64,000 bases of DNA from Alphaproteobacteria bacterium (GTDB lineage Bacteria; Pseudomonadota; Alphaproteobacteria; GCA-2731375), in NCBI GenBank assembly GCA_965225945.1, contig CBDDBZ010000026.1, forward strand, positions 64,001 to 128,000, given 5' to 3'. Positions within the stretch are counted from its first letter, which is position 1, and every line of letters begins with the position of its first letter. Of this stretch, positions 52,035-61,914 are shown piece after piece. The notes under the pieces are model-generated. The model had not been told where the DNA came from, ran no database searches, and worked only from the letters and a program-made list of their open reading frames with translations. The position numbers and the translations under genes are program-made.

Positions 52035-53797
52035 GCCTCGGAAACATCCCCTTTGGTTGTCGGCGCTTCGCCCGCCCGGGCCGCGGCGATATCGCGAACG
52101 TTGGTGACGCGCGCGCCGGGAAAGCTCTCCAGCACCGCCTTGACGGTGGGATGGGCCTCGGCCTCGGCGACGAGGGCAGCCTGCGCGGCGCTGGCACGTT
52201 CCGCCGCCGTGGGCTCCGCCTCGCCCTCCACCACCGCCTCGACCCGCCACTCGGCGCCGGTGAGCGCGTGGAGCCGTTCGCGGAGCCGCGCCGCCAGATT
52301 GGCGCCGGCGTCGCCCGCCGGCTGGAAGACCAGACGGCGGTCTGAGAACGATACCACTCGGACGTTGTTGTGCAGCAAGGCCGCCAACGTCGCCTCCCGC
52401 CGTTGGGCGGCGAGCGCCACCAACTCCTCGAAGCTGGAGACCTCGCTCGCCGCGGCCGCCGGCGGGGCCGGAGCCGGTACCGATTCCATCTTCCGCGCGG
52501 GTGCCACGGCGCTCGACGCGGGCGCGGCGGCGCCCGGGCTCGGTGTCGCCGCGGCAACGGGCGCCGCGCCGGGGGCCGGGCTTGGTGTAGCCACTGGCGC
52601 GGGCGCCGCGCCGGGCGCCGTCGACAGCTCCTTGATCAGCTCCGCCGGCGAGGGCAGATCGGCGCCGTAGGCGAGCCGGACCAAGACCATCTCGGTCGCC
52701 GAAATCGCCACCGGCGCTTGGCCCACCTCGCCCACGCCCTTCAGCAGCATCTGCCAGGTCCGCGCCAGCACCGGCATCGACAGCTGGTCCGCCAGCGCGC
52801 GGCCCCGAGTCCGCTCCAGCTCCGCCGTGCCGGGCGCCGCCTCGGCGCCCGGAACCACCTTGAGGCGGGTCAGCAGATGGGTCAGCTCCAGCAGGTCCTG
52901 CAAGACCACGAGCGGGTCGACGCCGAGATCGTAAAGCGCGCGAAGCGCCGCCAGCGCGCCGGCGATGTCGCCCGCCATGGTGATCTCGAAGAGCTCGAAG
53001 ACCCGGCCGCGATCGGCCAGGCCGAGCATCTCGCGCACCTGATCGGCCGTCACCCGGCCGTGGCCGTGGGCGATCGCCTGGTCGAGCAGCGAGAGGCCGT
53101 CGCGGACCGAGCCGTCGCCGGCCTGGGCCAGCAGGGCCAGCGCGTCCGCCTCGATTTCGGCGCCTTCCTGCCCTGCGATCCCGGCGAGATGGCTCGACAG
53201 CACCTCGGCCTCGATCCGGCGCAGATCGAACCGCTGGCAGCGCGACAGCACGGTGATGGGGATCTTGCGCACCTCGGTCGTCGCGAAGATGAAGACGACG
53301 CCGGGCGGCGGCTCCTCCAGCGTCTTCAATAGCGCGTTGAAGGCGGGGCGCGAGAGCATGTGGACTTCGTCGATGATATAGATCTTGTTGCGCGCGCTCG
53401 CCGGCAGGTAGCGGACGCCGTCCAGCAGCTCGCGGATGTTGTCGATGCCGGTGTGGCTGGCCGCGTCCATTTCCAGGACGTCGACATGGCGCGATTCGGC
53501 GATGGCGATGCAGGGCTCGCAGACGCCGCAAGGCCGAATCGTCGGCCCGCCCGCGCCATCGGGGCCGATGCAATTGAGTGCCCGGGCGATCAGGCGGGCC
53601 GTTGTCGTCTTGCCGACGCCGCGCACCCCGGTCAGCACGAAGGCATGCGCGATCCGCTCCCGCTCCATCGCGTTGGACAGCGTGCGGACCATCGCCTCTT
53701 GACCGATCAGCGCATCGAAGGTCTGGGGTCGGTACTTGCGGGCGAGCACCTGGTAGGGCGCCGCCTGGCCTACCGCTTCCCTAGTCGTGTCGTTCAT
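52031..53797 (-). CDS. dnaX: DNA polymerase III gamma/tau
   Basis: Motifs YQVLARKYRP, GVRGVGKTT, IIDEVHML and SRCQRF. Confidence 0.97.
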   Translation of the reverse strand: MNDTTREAVGQAAPYQVLARKYRPQTFDALIGQEAMVRTLSNAMERERIAHAFVLTGVRGVGKTTTARLIARALNCIGPDGAGGPTIRPCGVCEPCIAIAESRHVDVLEMDAASHTGIDNIRELLDGVRYLPASARNKIYIIDEVHMLSRPAFNALLKTLEEPPPGVVFIFATTEVRKIPITVLSRCQRFDLRRIEAEVLSSHLAGIAGQEGAEIEADALALLAQAGDGSVRDGLSLLDQAIAHGHGRVTADQVREMLGLADRGRVFELFEITMAGDIAGALAALRALYDLGVDPLVVLQDLLELTHLLTRLKVVPGAEAAPGTAELERTRGRALADQLSMPVLARTWQMLLKGVGEVGQAPVAISATEMVLVRLAYGADLPSPAELIKELSTAPGAAPAPVATPSPAPGAAPVAAATPSPGAAAPASSAVAPARKMESVPAPAPPAAAASEVSSFEELVALAAQRREATLAALLHNNVRVVSFSDRRLVFQPAGDAGANLAARLRERLHALTGAEWRVEAVVEGEAEPTAAERASAAQAALVAEAEAHPTVKAVLESFPGARVTNVRDIAAARAGEAPTTKGDVSEA

Positions 53798-53901
53798 CGG
53801 CGCCCGCGTGCTCTTCCGAGGGACGCGCCTCCGAGGGACGCACTCGTCGGGGCCTCGGGGGAGGCGCCGGCCGGCGAGGCACCGCCAGGGGGCGCGAAGG
53901 T

Positions 53902-53998
53902 GGGAGATTGGCTCAGGCGACCCGAACCGGTCTCGTTACGGCTGCTTCCTCTCGGACCTGACCGGATTGGCGAGTGGTCCGTCCACCGCCAACCTCCC
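53902..53998 (-). ncRNA. ffs: SRP RNA (4.5S)
   Basis: Minus-strand TCAGGTCCGAGAGGAAGCAGC SRP motif within a long hairpin, upstream of dnaX. Confidence 0.92.
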
Positions 53999-54161
53999 GA
54001 CGCCAATATAGCAACATTGGCGAGCGGCGAAACAGGCCGGCGGAGGGAAATCCGAAACCCGTCGGCGGCTTTTGGCCGCATCACCGACGCTCTCCCCCGA
54101 TCCTCTCCCCGGGCCGAACCACCCGAGCGCGCCGGCCGGGCCAGGCAGCGCGCGCGGCGCC

Positions 54162-54455
54162 TCAAGCCCCGGCGTAGTCGTCGATCGCCCGGGCCATGCG
54201 GATATCCAACTCGCCGAGCCCGCCGGCATCGTGGGTCGTCAGCGTGACTTCCACCCGGTTGTAAACGTTGGACCACTCGGGATGGTGGTCCATCCGTTCG
54301 GCCAGCATCGCCACCCGGGTCATGAAGCCGAAGGCGGCGTTGAAGTCGGCGAAAACGAGGCTCTTCACGATCGCGTCGCGCCCCTCCACTTCGCGCCAGC
54401 CGTCGAGACCGCCGAGCGCCTCGGCCCGGGCGTCCCCACTCAGTTTTTCCGCCAT
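54162..54455 (-). CDS. phhB: Pterin-4-alpha-carbinolamine dehydratase
   Basis: [24 protein letters not shown]. Confidence 0.92.
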   Translation of the reverse strand: MAEKLSGDARAEALGGLDGWREVEGRDAIVKSLVFADFNAAFGFMTRVAMLAERMDHHPEWSNVYNRVEVTLTTHDAGGLGELDIRMARAIDDYAGA

Positions 54456-54579
54456 GTTCGATATTCCACCTCCCTGTCGCTCGAGCCGATCTTATAACGT
54501 CGCCCGCCCGCGCGGAATTGCCCGACCGCCCGGTTTCGGCGGCCTTGGCGGCGGTGGCGGCGGGGATTAAGCTCCAGGC

Positions 54580-54978
54580 ATGAAAGAGCGGTGGGAGCTG
54601 GCGCCGAGCCTGGCGGACATCGAGGCGCTGGCGCGGGGCGCGCTGGCGACGATTCCGGCCGAGTTCGGCCGATGGCTCCGCTCGGTGCCGATCCGGGTCG
54701 AGGAGTTCGCCGACGACGAGACCCTGGCGGACTTGGGCATCGCCGATCCCTTCGAGTTGATGGGGCTCTATCGCGGCGTCACGATGAGCGGGCGGGATGG
54801 CGGGTCGGCAAGCGCCGACATCGACATGATCTTTCTCTATCGCCGCCCGATCCTGGATTACTGGTGCGACGGGGCTTCGAGCCTGGGCCATGTCGTGCGC
54901 CATGTGCTGATCCACGAGGTCGGTCATCATTTCGGCCTCTCGGACGCCGACATGGAGCAAATCGAAGGCGGTTTGTGA
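54580..54978 (+). CDS. Minimal zincin metallopeptidase family
   Basis: Motifs LMGLYRG, IFLYRRPIL and HEVGHHFG. Confidence 0.88.
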   Translation: MKERWELAPSLADIEALARGALATIPAEFGRWLRSVPIRVEEFADDETLADLGIADPFELMGLYRGVTMSGRDGGSASADIDMIFLYRRPILDYWCDGASSLGHVVRHVLIHEVGHHFGLSDADMEQIEGGL

Positions 54979-55007
54979 CCACCCGTCCCGGCTTCGGGGC
55001 TTTCGAG

Positions 55008-55571
55008 TCAGACTCCCGGCGGCACCGGCTCGGAGTTCGCCAGAGGATAGTCCGCCTCGATCCGGTAGTGGGCGCGCTCGCGGCCGCGGTGGCTGGATAT
55101 CAGCGCGAAGCGATCGGCGCGGAAGGGCGCCACGGCGAGGCCGCCATGGGCTTCCATGAAGGGCGCGAGGCGGGCCGGCGCCACCCCCTTCATCCGGGCG
55201 AGCGTGACGTGGGAATGATAACGCCGGCCCTCGCGCGGTTGGCCGAGGCGGGCGAGCAGGTTTTCGATCGATGCCTGCAGCGCCATCAGCTCCGCCGAGG
55301 CGCGGACTCCGACCCAGAGCACCCGCGCCCGGCGGCGATCGCCGAACTGGCCGACCTCGGCGAATTCGATCTCGAAGGCCTCGGACTCGATCGTCTCCAG
55401 CCCCTCGGCGATGTCGATGAAGCGCGCCTCGTCGACCTCGCCCAGGAAACGGAGCGTCAGGTGCATGTTCTCGGGCGGTGTCCACCGCGCCCCCGGCACC
55501 CCGCCGGCGAGCAGCGAGAGGCGCAGGCGGACCTCCGCCGGCAACGGCAGGGCGACGAAGAGCCTCGGCAT
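55008..55571 (-). CDS. thpR: RNA 2',3'-cyclic phosphodiesterase
   Basis: RLFVAL start and two HxT motifs (HLTL, HVTL). Confidence 0.9.
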   Translation of the reverse strand: MPRLFVALPLPAEVRLRLSLLAGGVPGARWTPPENMHLTLRFLGEVDEARFIDIAEGLETIESEAFEIEFAEVGQFGDRRRARVLWVGVRASAELMALQASIENLLARLGQPREGRRYHSHVTLARMKGVAPARLAPFMEAHGGLAVAPFRADRFALISSHRGRERAHYRIEADYPLANSEPVPPGV

Positions 55572-55739
55572 GCGGCACCCTCTCGACGATTCGGCCGCAG
55601 CATAGCGCCCCCGCCCGCTCGGTTCTCCTCACCCCTCCGAGCGGCTATGCTGAGAGCGGAGCGGCGAGGACAGGTGCGATGGCCGATTTCGCGACCGCGA
55701 TTCGCTTCCCGCCGCCAACCGAGCTCGAGGAATGCCGTC

Positions 55740-56936
55740 ATGACCGAACGACCCCGCGCCTCCCAGGCGCTCGCCCGTTTCACCGTCCTCGACCTGACCC
55801 GGGCCCGCGCCGGGCCGACCGCCGCCCGCCAGCTCGCCGATTGGGGTGGCGACGTGATCAAGATCGAGATGCCGGAGAGCTCGACCGGCGCCGGCGCGCT
55901 GGGCGGCCCCCGGCACGGGCCGGACTTCCAGAACCTGCACCGCAACAAGCGCTCGCTGACGCTGAACCTCAAGCAGGACGCGGGCCGCGAGGTCTTCATG
56001 AAGCTGGTGGCCGGCGCCGACGTGGTGGTCGAGAATTACCGGCCCGAGGTCAAGCATCGCCTCGCCATCGACTTTGAAGCCTGCCGCGCGGTGAACCCTG
56101 CCATCGTCTACGGCTCGATCTCCGGCTTCGGCCAGGACGGGCCCTACGCGAAACGGCCCGGCGTCGATCAGATCGCCCAAGGCATGGGCGGCCTGATGTC
56201 GATCACCGGGGCGCCGGGCGGGGGGCCGATGCGGGTCGGCATCCCGATCGCCGATCTCTGCGCCGGCTTGCTCTTGGCGCACGGCATCCTGGTGGCGCTC
56301 CTGGAGCGGGAGGTCTCGGGCGAGGGGCAGTGGGTGCAGAGCTCGCTTCTGCAGGCGCAGATCTTCATGCTGGATTTCCAGGCCGCGCGCTGGACCATGA
56401 CCGGGGAGATCGCGCCGCAAGCCGGCAACGACCATCCGACCGGCATCCCGACCGGCGTGTTCGAGACCGCCGACGGCCCCATCAATATCGCCGCCGCCGG
56501 CCAGGTGATCTTCGAGCGCTTCGCGCACGCGCTCGGCAAGCCGGAATGGATCGAGGATCCCGACTACGCCAGCCGCGAGGCGCGCTCGAACAATCGCCGC
56601 CAGATGAACGCGGCGATCGAGGAGGTGACCCGGACCGACGCCGGCGCCGCTTGGATCGACAAGCTGAACGCCGCCGGCGTGCCCTGCGGGCCGATCAACG
56701 ATATCCGGCAGACCTTCGAGGACCGCCAAGTCGAGCACCTGGGCATCGCCGAGACGGTGGAATCCCCCGCGATCGGGCCGATCGACCTGGTCGGCCAAGG
56801 CGTCCGGCTCTCCCGAACGGCAAGCCGGATCGCCAATCCGGCGCCGGAATGCGGCGAGCACACGGGCGAGATCCTGGCCGCGCTCGGTTACGACCAGGCG
56901 GCGGTGGCGGCGCTCCGCGCCCGCCAGGTCGTCTGA
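55740..56936 (+). CDS. CaiB/BaiF (family III) CoA-transferase
   Basis: Motifs VLDLT..RAGP, RNKRS, ENYRP and DQIAQGMGG. Confidence 0.92.
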   Translation: MTERPRASQALARFTVLDLTRARAGPTAARQLADWGGDVIKIEMPESSTGAGALGGPRHGPDFQNLHRNKRSLTLNLKQDAGREVFMKLVAGADVVVENYRPEVKHRLAIDFEACRAVNPAIVYGSISGFGQDGPYAKRPGVDQIAQGMGGLMSITGAPGGGPMRVGIPIADLCAGLLLAHGILVALLEREVSGEGQWVQSSLLQAQIFMLDFQAARWTMTGEIAPQAGNDHPTGIPTGVFETADGPINIAAAGQVIFERFAHALGKPEWIEDPDYASREARSNNRRQMNAAIEEVTRTDAGAAWIDKLNAAGVPCGPINDIRQTFEDRQVEHLGIAETVESPAIGPIDLVGQGVRLSRTASRIANPAPECGEHTGEILAALGYDQAAVAALRARQVV

Positions 56937-56958
56937 TCCGGCGCCCGGGAGCGGCGCC

Positions 56959-58101
56959 ATGGAGGCATCGCATCCGCTCGACGGCATCCTCGTGGTGGAG
57001 ATCACCACGACGATCGCCGGCCCCTATGCGACCAAGATCCTCCAGGACCTCGGCGCGAGAGTCCTGAAGATCGAGAGCCGCAAGGGCGGCGATCCGTTTC
57101 GCAATATCGGTGGTCCTCGCCTCGGTGACGCGCCGACGGCGTTCCGTTGGCTGAACGGCGGCAAGGCCTCGATCACCGCCGACTTTTCCGACGGCGACGA
57201 CGTGGCCGCCGTGCGCCGGCTGGCGCTCGAGGACGCAGACGTGGTGTTGCAGAACATGCGGCCCGGCGCCGCCGACCGGCTGGGCCTCGGCGCCGAGGGC
57301 TTGCGAGCGGCCAATCCCAGGCTGGTCTATTGCAACCTCGGCGCCTACGGCGGCCGGGGGCCGCTCGCCCACCTGCCCGGCTACGATCCCCTGATGCAGG
57401 CCTTCGGCGGCATCGTCGCGACCACCGGCAGCGAGGCGGCGCCGGCCCGCGTCGGGGTCTCCCTGATCGACATGGGAACGGCGATGTGGGCGGTGATCGG
57501 CATTACCTCGGCGCTGCGCCGCCGCGAGCTCGACGGCGTCGGCGCGGTGGTCGACGCGGCGCTGTTCGAGACCACGTTGGCCCTGATGGGGATCCCCATC
57601 GCCAACTACGAGGCGGGCGGCGTCGTGCCGAAACGGACCGGCCTCAAGGGCCCGATCGTGGTGCCGAACCGCGACTTCCCGACGGCCGACGGCCTGCTGG
57701 TGATCGCCGTCGTCTCGGACCCGCAGTTCGCCCGCCTGGCGCGGGCGATCGGCCGGCCCGAGCTCGCCGACGACGCCCGCTTCGCCACCGCGCCGGCGCG
57801 GCTGGAGAACGAGGACGCGCTTATCGAGGCGATGAACGCGGCGCTTCGCACGCGAGGCCGGGCGGAATGGACTCAGGCGCTCGATGCGGCCGACGTGCCA
57901 AACTCCCCGGTGCACGGGCTGGCGGAAGTGGTGGCGCATCCCCAAACCGAGGCGAGCGAGCTGCTGCGGCCGAGTGGCGAGGGCTCCGCCCGCCTGGTCG
58001 GCCTCCCCCTCCGCCTCGACGGCACCCGGCCCTCGGGCGACGGTCCGGTGCCGGCGCTCGGCGCCGACGACAGCCTGCTCGAGCCCTATCGCGGGGGCTG
58101 A
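56959..58101 (+). CDS. CaiB/BaiF (family III) CoA-transferase
   Basis: Motifs AGPYA...DLGARVLKIE, QNMRPG and GYDPLMQA. Confidence 0.9.
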   Translation: MEASHPLDGILVVEITTTIAGPYATKILQDLGARVLKIESRKGGDPFRNIGGPRLGDAPTAFRWLNGGKASITADFSDGDDVAAVRRLALEDADVVLQNMRPGAADRLGLGAEGLRAANPRLVYCNLGAYGGRGPLAHLPGYDPLMQAFGGIVATTGSEAAPARVGVSLIDMGTAMWAVIGITSALRRRELDGVGAVVDAALFETTLALMGIPIANYEAGGVVPKRTGLKGPIVVPNRDFPTADGLLVIAVVSDPQFARLARAIGRPELADDARFATAPARLENEDALIEAMNAALRTRGRAEWTQALDAADVPNSPVHGLAEVVAHPQTEASELLRPSGEGSARLVGLPLRLDGTRPSGDGPVPALGADDSLLEPYRGG

Positions 58102-58378
58102 GTGAGGCGGTTTCCGCCGACGCCGTTGCGCATGGCATGTCGTGGCATTAGGCCCGGGTCGACGGATGCCCGCGGTTCCACGGCGCCTGGCATCGGGGGT
58201 GGTTTCTCCGTGGAACCGGCGTGGCCGGGAGGGGGATTGATAGCCAATTTCGCCCTCTTTGGCTTTGCGAGTATTTTCGCGCTCTCTCAATCATCCGACA
58301 CCGGTAGTTCGGTGACCTATCGAAAGCGGATGGTCAGTAGGTATGCTAAACTGGGCAGGTCGGGACACGGGGAAGAAA

Positions 58379-58840
58379 ATGATAGAAATCAACACCGAGC
58401 ATCTTTTCCAAATGGCGATCCAAGTACCGGCGGAAGAGACGCGGGAAATCGGTGACACGCCTTGGGGCCGGAGGATAATCGTCAAGGTCACGGGCGGCGA
58501 GTTCGAGGGGCCGAGGCTCAAGGGCATCGTACTTGAAGGTGATGATTGGTTGCTGCTGCGGCCGGACGGCGTTGTGCAGCTCGATTGTCGGATGAACTTA
58601 GAGACCGACGACGGTCACGCCATCTGCATCACCTATCGTGGGTTTCGTCATGGTCCGGCGGAAGTCATCGAACGGATAAGCCGTGGAGAGGAGGTTAATG
58701 CCTCTGAATATTATCATCGGGTCGTGCCCTTCTTTGAGACGGCGTCCGAAAAATATGCTTGGCTGAATAGTGCCATTTGCGTTTCTGCCGGACACAAGCG
58801 GCCCTGGGGCGGCGCCTATTCGGTTCACCAAGTTCTTTAA
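58379..58840 (+). CDS. DUF3237 family protein
   Basis: GDTPWGRR...GGEFEGPRL.G...DWLLLRPDG...FETASEKYAWLN. Confidence 0.85.
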   Translation: MIEINTEHLFQMAIQVPAEETREIGDTPWGRRIIVKVTGGEFEGPRLKGIVLEGDDWLLLRPDGVVQLDCRMNLETDDGHAICITYRGFRHGPAEVIERISRGEEVNASEYYHRVVPFFETASEKYAWLNSAICVSAGHKRPWGGAYSVHQVL

Positions 58841-58919
58841 CGACCGTCCGCCGATAATTGGCGACTTTCACCCGCTATGGGCAAGACGGGCGCTCGACTG
58901 GAAAGAGGGAACGACTGTC

Positions 58920-59282
58920 ATGAGTAACGAAGAAAATAGGGGGCCTCAAACTCGCCGCGTGCTTGACGCATATTTTCGCGGCTTTAACGCCAAGAACATA
59001 TCGCTCATGCCGGTTGGAGAGAATGTTTATTTCAAACCGCCGGTAAAATCCGAGCCGGTGGTTGGATTAGAATCCTTTCGCCCTTTCCTGGAGCAGGCGT
59101 TCTCAAAATTCGATCGGATCGTCGTTCAACGCACGATCGTCGAAGGTGAATTCGCGTGTGTGATGTTGGACTATCATGTACCCGGCATACCGCCGATACC
59201 GATGGTCGACTGTTTCCGTGTGGTCGATGGAAAGGTGGTGGAAATTCTTCCCTACTTCGATACCAAATTGCTGCCCGAGTGA
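58920..59282 (+). CDS. SnoaL/NTF2-like protein
   Basis: VLDAYFRGFN...DCFRVVDGKVVEILPYFD. Confidence 0.75.
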   Translation: MSNEENRGPQTRRVLDAYFRGFNAKNISLMPVGENVYFKPPVKSEPVVGLESFRPFLEQAFSKFDRIVVQRTIVEGEFACVMLDYHVPGIPPIPMVDCFRVVDGKVVEILPYFDTKLLPE

Positions 59283-59556
59283 TGTGGTTGGGTAGCCATC
59301 GCTAATATTACGCCCGGTGCTGGGGGGACCGACGTAATCGGTCAAATGACGGACGGTGGCGGGCCGGTGGGCGAGGCTCGGCGTCAACGACGGCCTGCTC
59401 GATCCCTATCGCGGGGGCGAGTGAGGCGGCTTCCGCCGACGCCGTGGCGCATGGCGCGCCGTCTCGCGAAAGAAATCCCGCTCATCGCCCGTGGCGCCCC
59501 GGTGGGCGACCCGCTCGAAGGCGCCGTTTCGGTCAGACACCGAGATCGCGCGACGC

Positions 59557-59928
59557 CTATTCGGCCCCGCTTCGCTTCAGGATCTCCTCCGGCGTGGCGG
59601 AGACGACTTCGGCGTAGCGCGGGACGAAGCCGCCCGCCTCGATGTGCTGGATGAAATCGGGCCGCAATTCCTCCGCCAGGATCTTGCGGATGCGCGCGTG
59701 CTCCTCGATGTCGGACCACTCGGCGATCAGGTAGAACCGCCCCGGGTCCGCCGTGTCGCGGCAGAGCACGCCGTCCTTCACCTGCGCGGCGGACTTGTGC
59801 ATCGGGTTCTCGTCGGAATAGTCGAACGCCTCGAAGCGGCGGACGAATTCCGCCTCGTGGCCGGGTTTCACCCGAAAATCGTAAATGTGGAGATAGTTGC
59901 CGGTCTTGGCCAATGGTTCCATCACCAT
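59557..59928 (-). CDS. Antibiotic biosynthesis monooxygenase-like protein
   Basis: FRVKPGHEAEF...DP.RFYLIAEW. Confidence 0.7.
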   Translation of the reverse strand: MVMEPLAKTGNYLHIYDFRVKPGHEAEFVRRFEAFDYSDENPMHKSAAQVKDGVLCRDTADPGRFYLIAEWSDIEEHARIRKILAEELRPDFIQHIEAGGFVPRYAEVVSATPEEILKRSGAE

Positions 59929-60041
59929 GTCGATCCCTCCCTTGCAGGCTTCATCGTGCCCCGAGGGGCGTCGGGCGAGTATAGCTTCTCGGGCGTCTGG
60001 GAAGGCATACTAGGCACCTATCCCGCGCCCAGGAGGCCGCC

Positions 60042-61310
60042 ATGAGCTCGCTTTCCAATTCCTACCTCTGGCCGGAGGCCGGCCTCTCGGAGATTCCCGA
60101 CTGGGTCTATACCGACCCCCGGATCTATGAGCGCGAGGTCGAGCGGATCTTCCACGAGCGGACCTGGAACTATGTCGCGCTGGAGGCGGAGATTCCGCAA
60201 GAGGGGGACTTCGCCCGCAGCCATGTCGGCCCGACTCCGGTGGTCGTGGCCCGCGACGGCGAGGGCGAGGTCAATGTCTTCCTCAACCGCTGCAGCCACC
60301 GGGCGAGCGAATTTTGCCGCGAGCAGGGGGGCAACGCCAAGACCCTGATCTGCCCCTATCACCAATGGACCTACGACCTGGGGGGCAATCTCGTCGGCGT
60401 CCCCTTCCGTCGAGGATTGAACGGCCGGGGCGGCCTGCCGAAGGACTTCGACCTCGCCGCCAACGGCCCCCGCCGGCTGGCCGTCACCACGCGCGGCGGC
60501 GTCGTCTTCGCCTCCTTCGCCGAGGACACGGCCCCGCTGGAAGCGTATCTGGGCGAGACCATGCTGGCCGAGTTCGATGCGACCTTCGACGGCCGCCCGC
60601 TCGAGCTTCTCGGCTACTATCGCAACACCGTGCCGGCCAACTGGAAGCTCTATCACGAGAACCTGAAGGACCCCTATCACGCGACCCTGCTGCACAGCTT
60701 CCTGGTCACCTTCGGCCTCTTCGTCGCCGGCAACCGCACGGCGGTAATGACCGACCCCAGTGGTCTACATGGCGCGCTCGCCTCCGCCAAGCGGGAGGGC
60801 GTGAGCCACGTCTCCGACGAGGCGCGGGGTGAAATGCGCGCCTTCCACGCGGATTTCCGGCTCGAGGCGCCGGAAATAATGGACTTTGTCGAGGAGTTCG
60901 ATTCGCCCTGGTCGGTGACCATGCGGACGATCTGGCCGAACCTGATCGTGCAGCGCGAGATGAACACGCTCGGCGTCCGCCAGATCGTGCCGCGCGGCCC
61001 GCACGAGTTCGCCATGCACTGGACCATGTTCGGCTTCCAGGGCGACGACGACGCGATGCGCCGTCACCGCCTGCGCCAAGGCAACCTGATGGGCCCGGCC
61101 GGTTTCCTCGGCATGGAGGACAACGAGGCGATGAAGTTCGTGCAGGACGGCATGAAGCGCTCGCTGCCGGGCGGGCACGTGGTGGCGATGGAGCCGGAAA
61201 TCGAGGCGGGCGGCACCGATTGCGTGATCTCGGAGGCGGCGATCCGCGCGATGTACAAGAGCTGGCGCGAGATCATGGGCATCGGCCAAGCCGGCGAGAC
61301 TCGCCCATGA
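60042..61310 (+). CDS. Rieske ring-hydroxylating oxygenase alpha subunit (salicylate 5-hydroxylase NagG-like)
   Basis: Rieske ligands CSH...CPYH; mononuclear Fe site ENLKDPYHATLLH. Confidence 0.9.
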   Translation: MSSLSNSYLWPEAGLSEIPDWVYTDPRIYEREVERIFHERTWNYVALEAEIPQEGDFARSHVGPTPVVVARDGEGEVNVFLNRCSHRASEFCREQGGNAKTLICPYHQWTYDLGGNLVGVPFRRGLNGRGGLPKDFDLAANGPRRLAVTTRGGVVFASFAEDTAPLEAYLGETMLAEFDATFDGRPLELLGYYRNTVPANWKLYHENLKDPYHATLLHSFLVTFGLFVAGNRTAVMTDPSGLHGALASAKREGVSHVSDEARGEMRAFHADFRLEAPEIMDFVEEFDSPWSVTMRTIWPNLIVQREMNTLGVRQIVPRGPHEFAMHWTMFGFQGDDDAMRRHRLRQGNLMGPAGFLGMEDNEAMKFVQDGMKRSLPGGHVVAMEPEIEAGGTDCVISEAAIRAMYKSWREIMGIGQAGETRP

Positions 61311-61792
61311 GCGAGAGGCCAAGGGAACGTCGACTCTCGGCGGTCGAGCGCTTCAACGTCGACTACGCCCGCGTGCTCGACGAGGGAGAGCTCGGCGCTT
61401 GGCCTGCCTTCTTCACCGAGGACGCGCTCTACGTCGTCACCGCGCGCGAGAACTTCGATTCCGACCTCCCCGTCGGCCTGATTTATTGCGAAGGGCGGGC
61501 AATGATGAAGGATCGCGCCTTCGCGCTGCTCAACACGACGATGTTCGCGCCGCGCTATCTCCGCCATTTCGTCACCAACGTCTGGGTGGGCCAGGGCGAG
61601 GCCGCGGAATTCGAAGCCGGCGCCAACTACTTGCTGACCCAGGTGCTGGCGGACGAGCCCACCGCCACCATCCATCAGGTCGGCCGCTATATCGATAGCT
61701 TCGTCGAGCGCGACGGCGGCCTGCTGTTGGGAAAGCGGATTTGCGTCTACGACGACGCCCTCATCGACAACGCCCTGGTGCTGCCGGTCTGA
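61307..61792 (+). CDS. Ring-hydroxylating oxygenase beta subunit
   Basis: YARVLD...W..FF..DA.Y...RENF...LV.PV; ATGA overlap with the alpha subunit. Confidence 0.88.
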   Translation: MSERPRERRLSAVERFNVDYARVLDEGELGAWPAFFTEDALYVVTARENFDSDLPVGLIYCEGRAMMKDRAFALLNTTMFAPRYLRHFVTNVWVGQGEAAEFEAGANYLLTQVLADEPTATIHQVGRYIDSFVERDGGLLLGKRICVYDDALIDNALVLPV

Positions 61793-61809
61793 GCGGTATC
61801 AGCTCCGCC

Positions 61810-61867
61810 AGAGCCATTTCCGAACGGATGGAACCGGTGCGGTTCCATCCGCTCGGAAATTTCTCTA
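61810..61867. repeat. Palindromic intergenic element
   Basis: AGAGCCATTTCCGAACGGATGGAACCG ... CGGTTCCATCCGCTCGGAAATTTCTCT. Confidence 0.8.
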
Positions 61868-61914
61868 GTTTTGGAGAAGGATTAGCCAGTGCTGGTAATC
61901 AGTGGAACTAGACG

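Larger units (their letters stand above)
58056..59455. repeat. ~80-bp imperfect direct repeats (58056-58136 and 59376-59455) flanking a two-gene cassette
   Basis: The second copy duplicates the CoA-transferase 3' end and its downstream sequence. Confidence 0.85.

Noticed and set aside
52440-52625. Ala/Pro-rich repeats in dnaX, and a possible gamma frameshift site
   Set aside because: This is the ordinary low-complexity tau linker, and no slippery A-run was seen.
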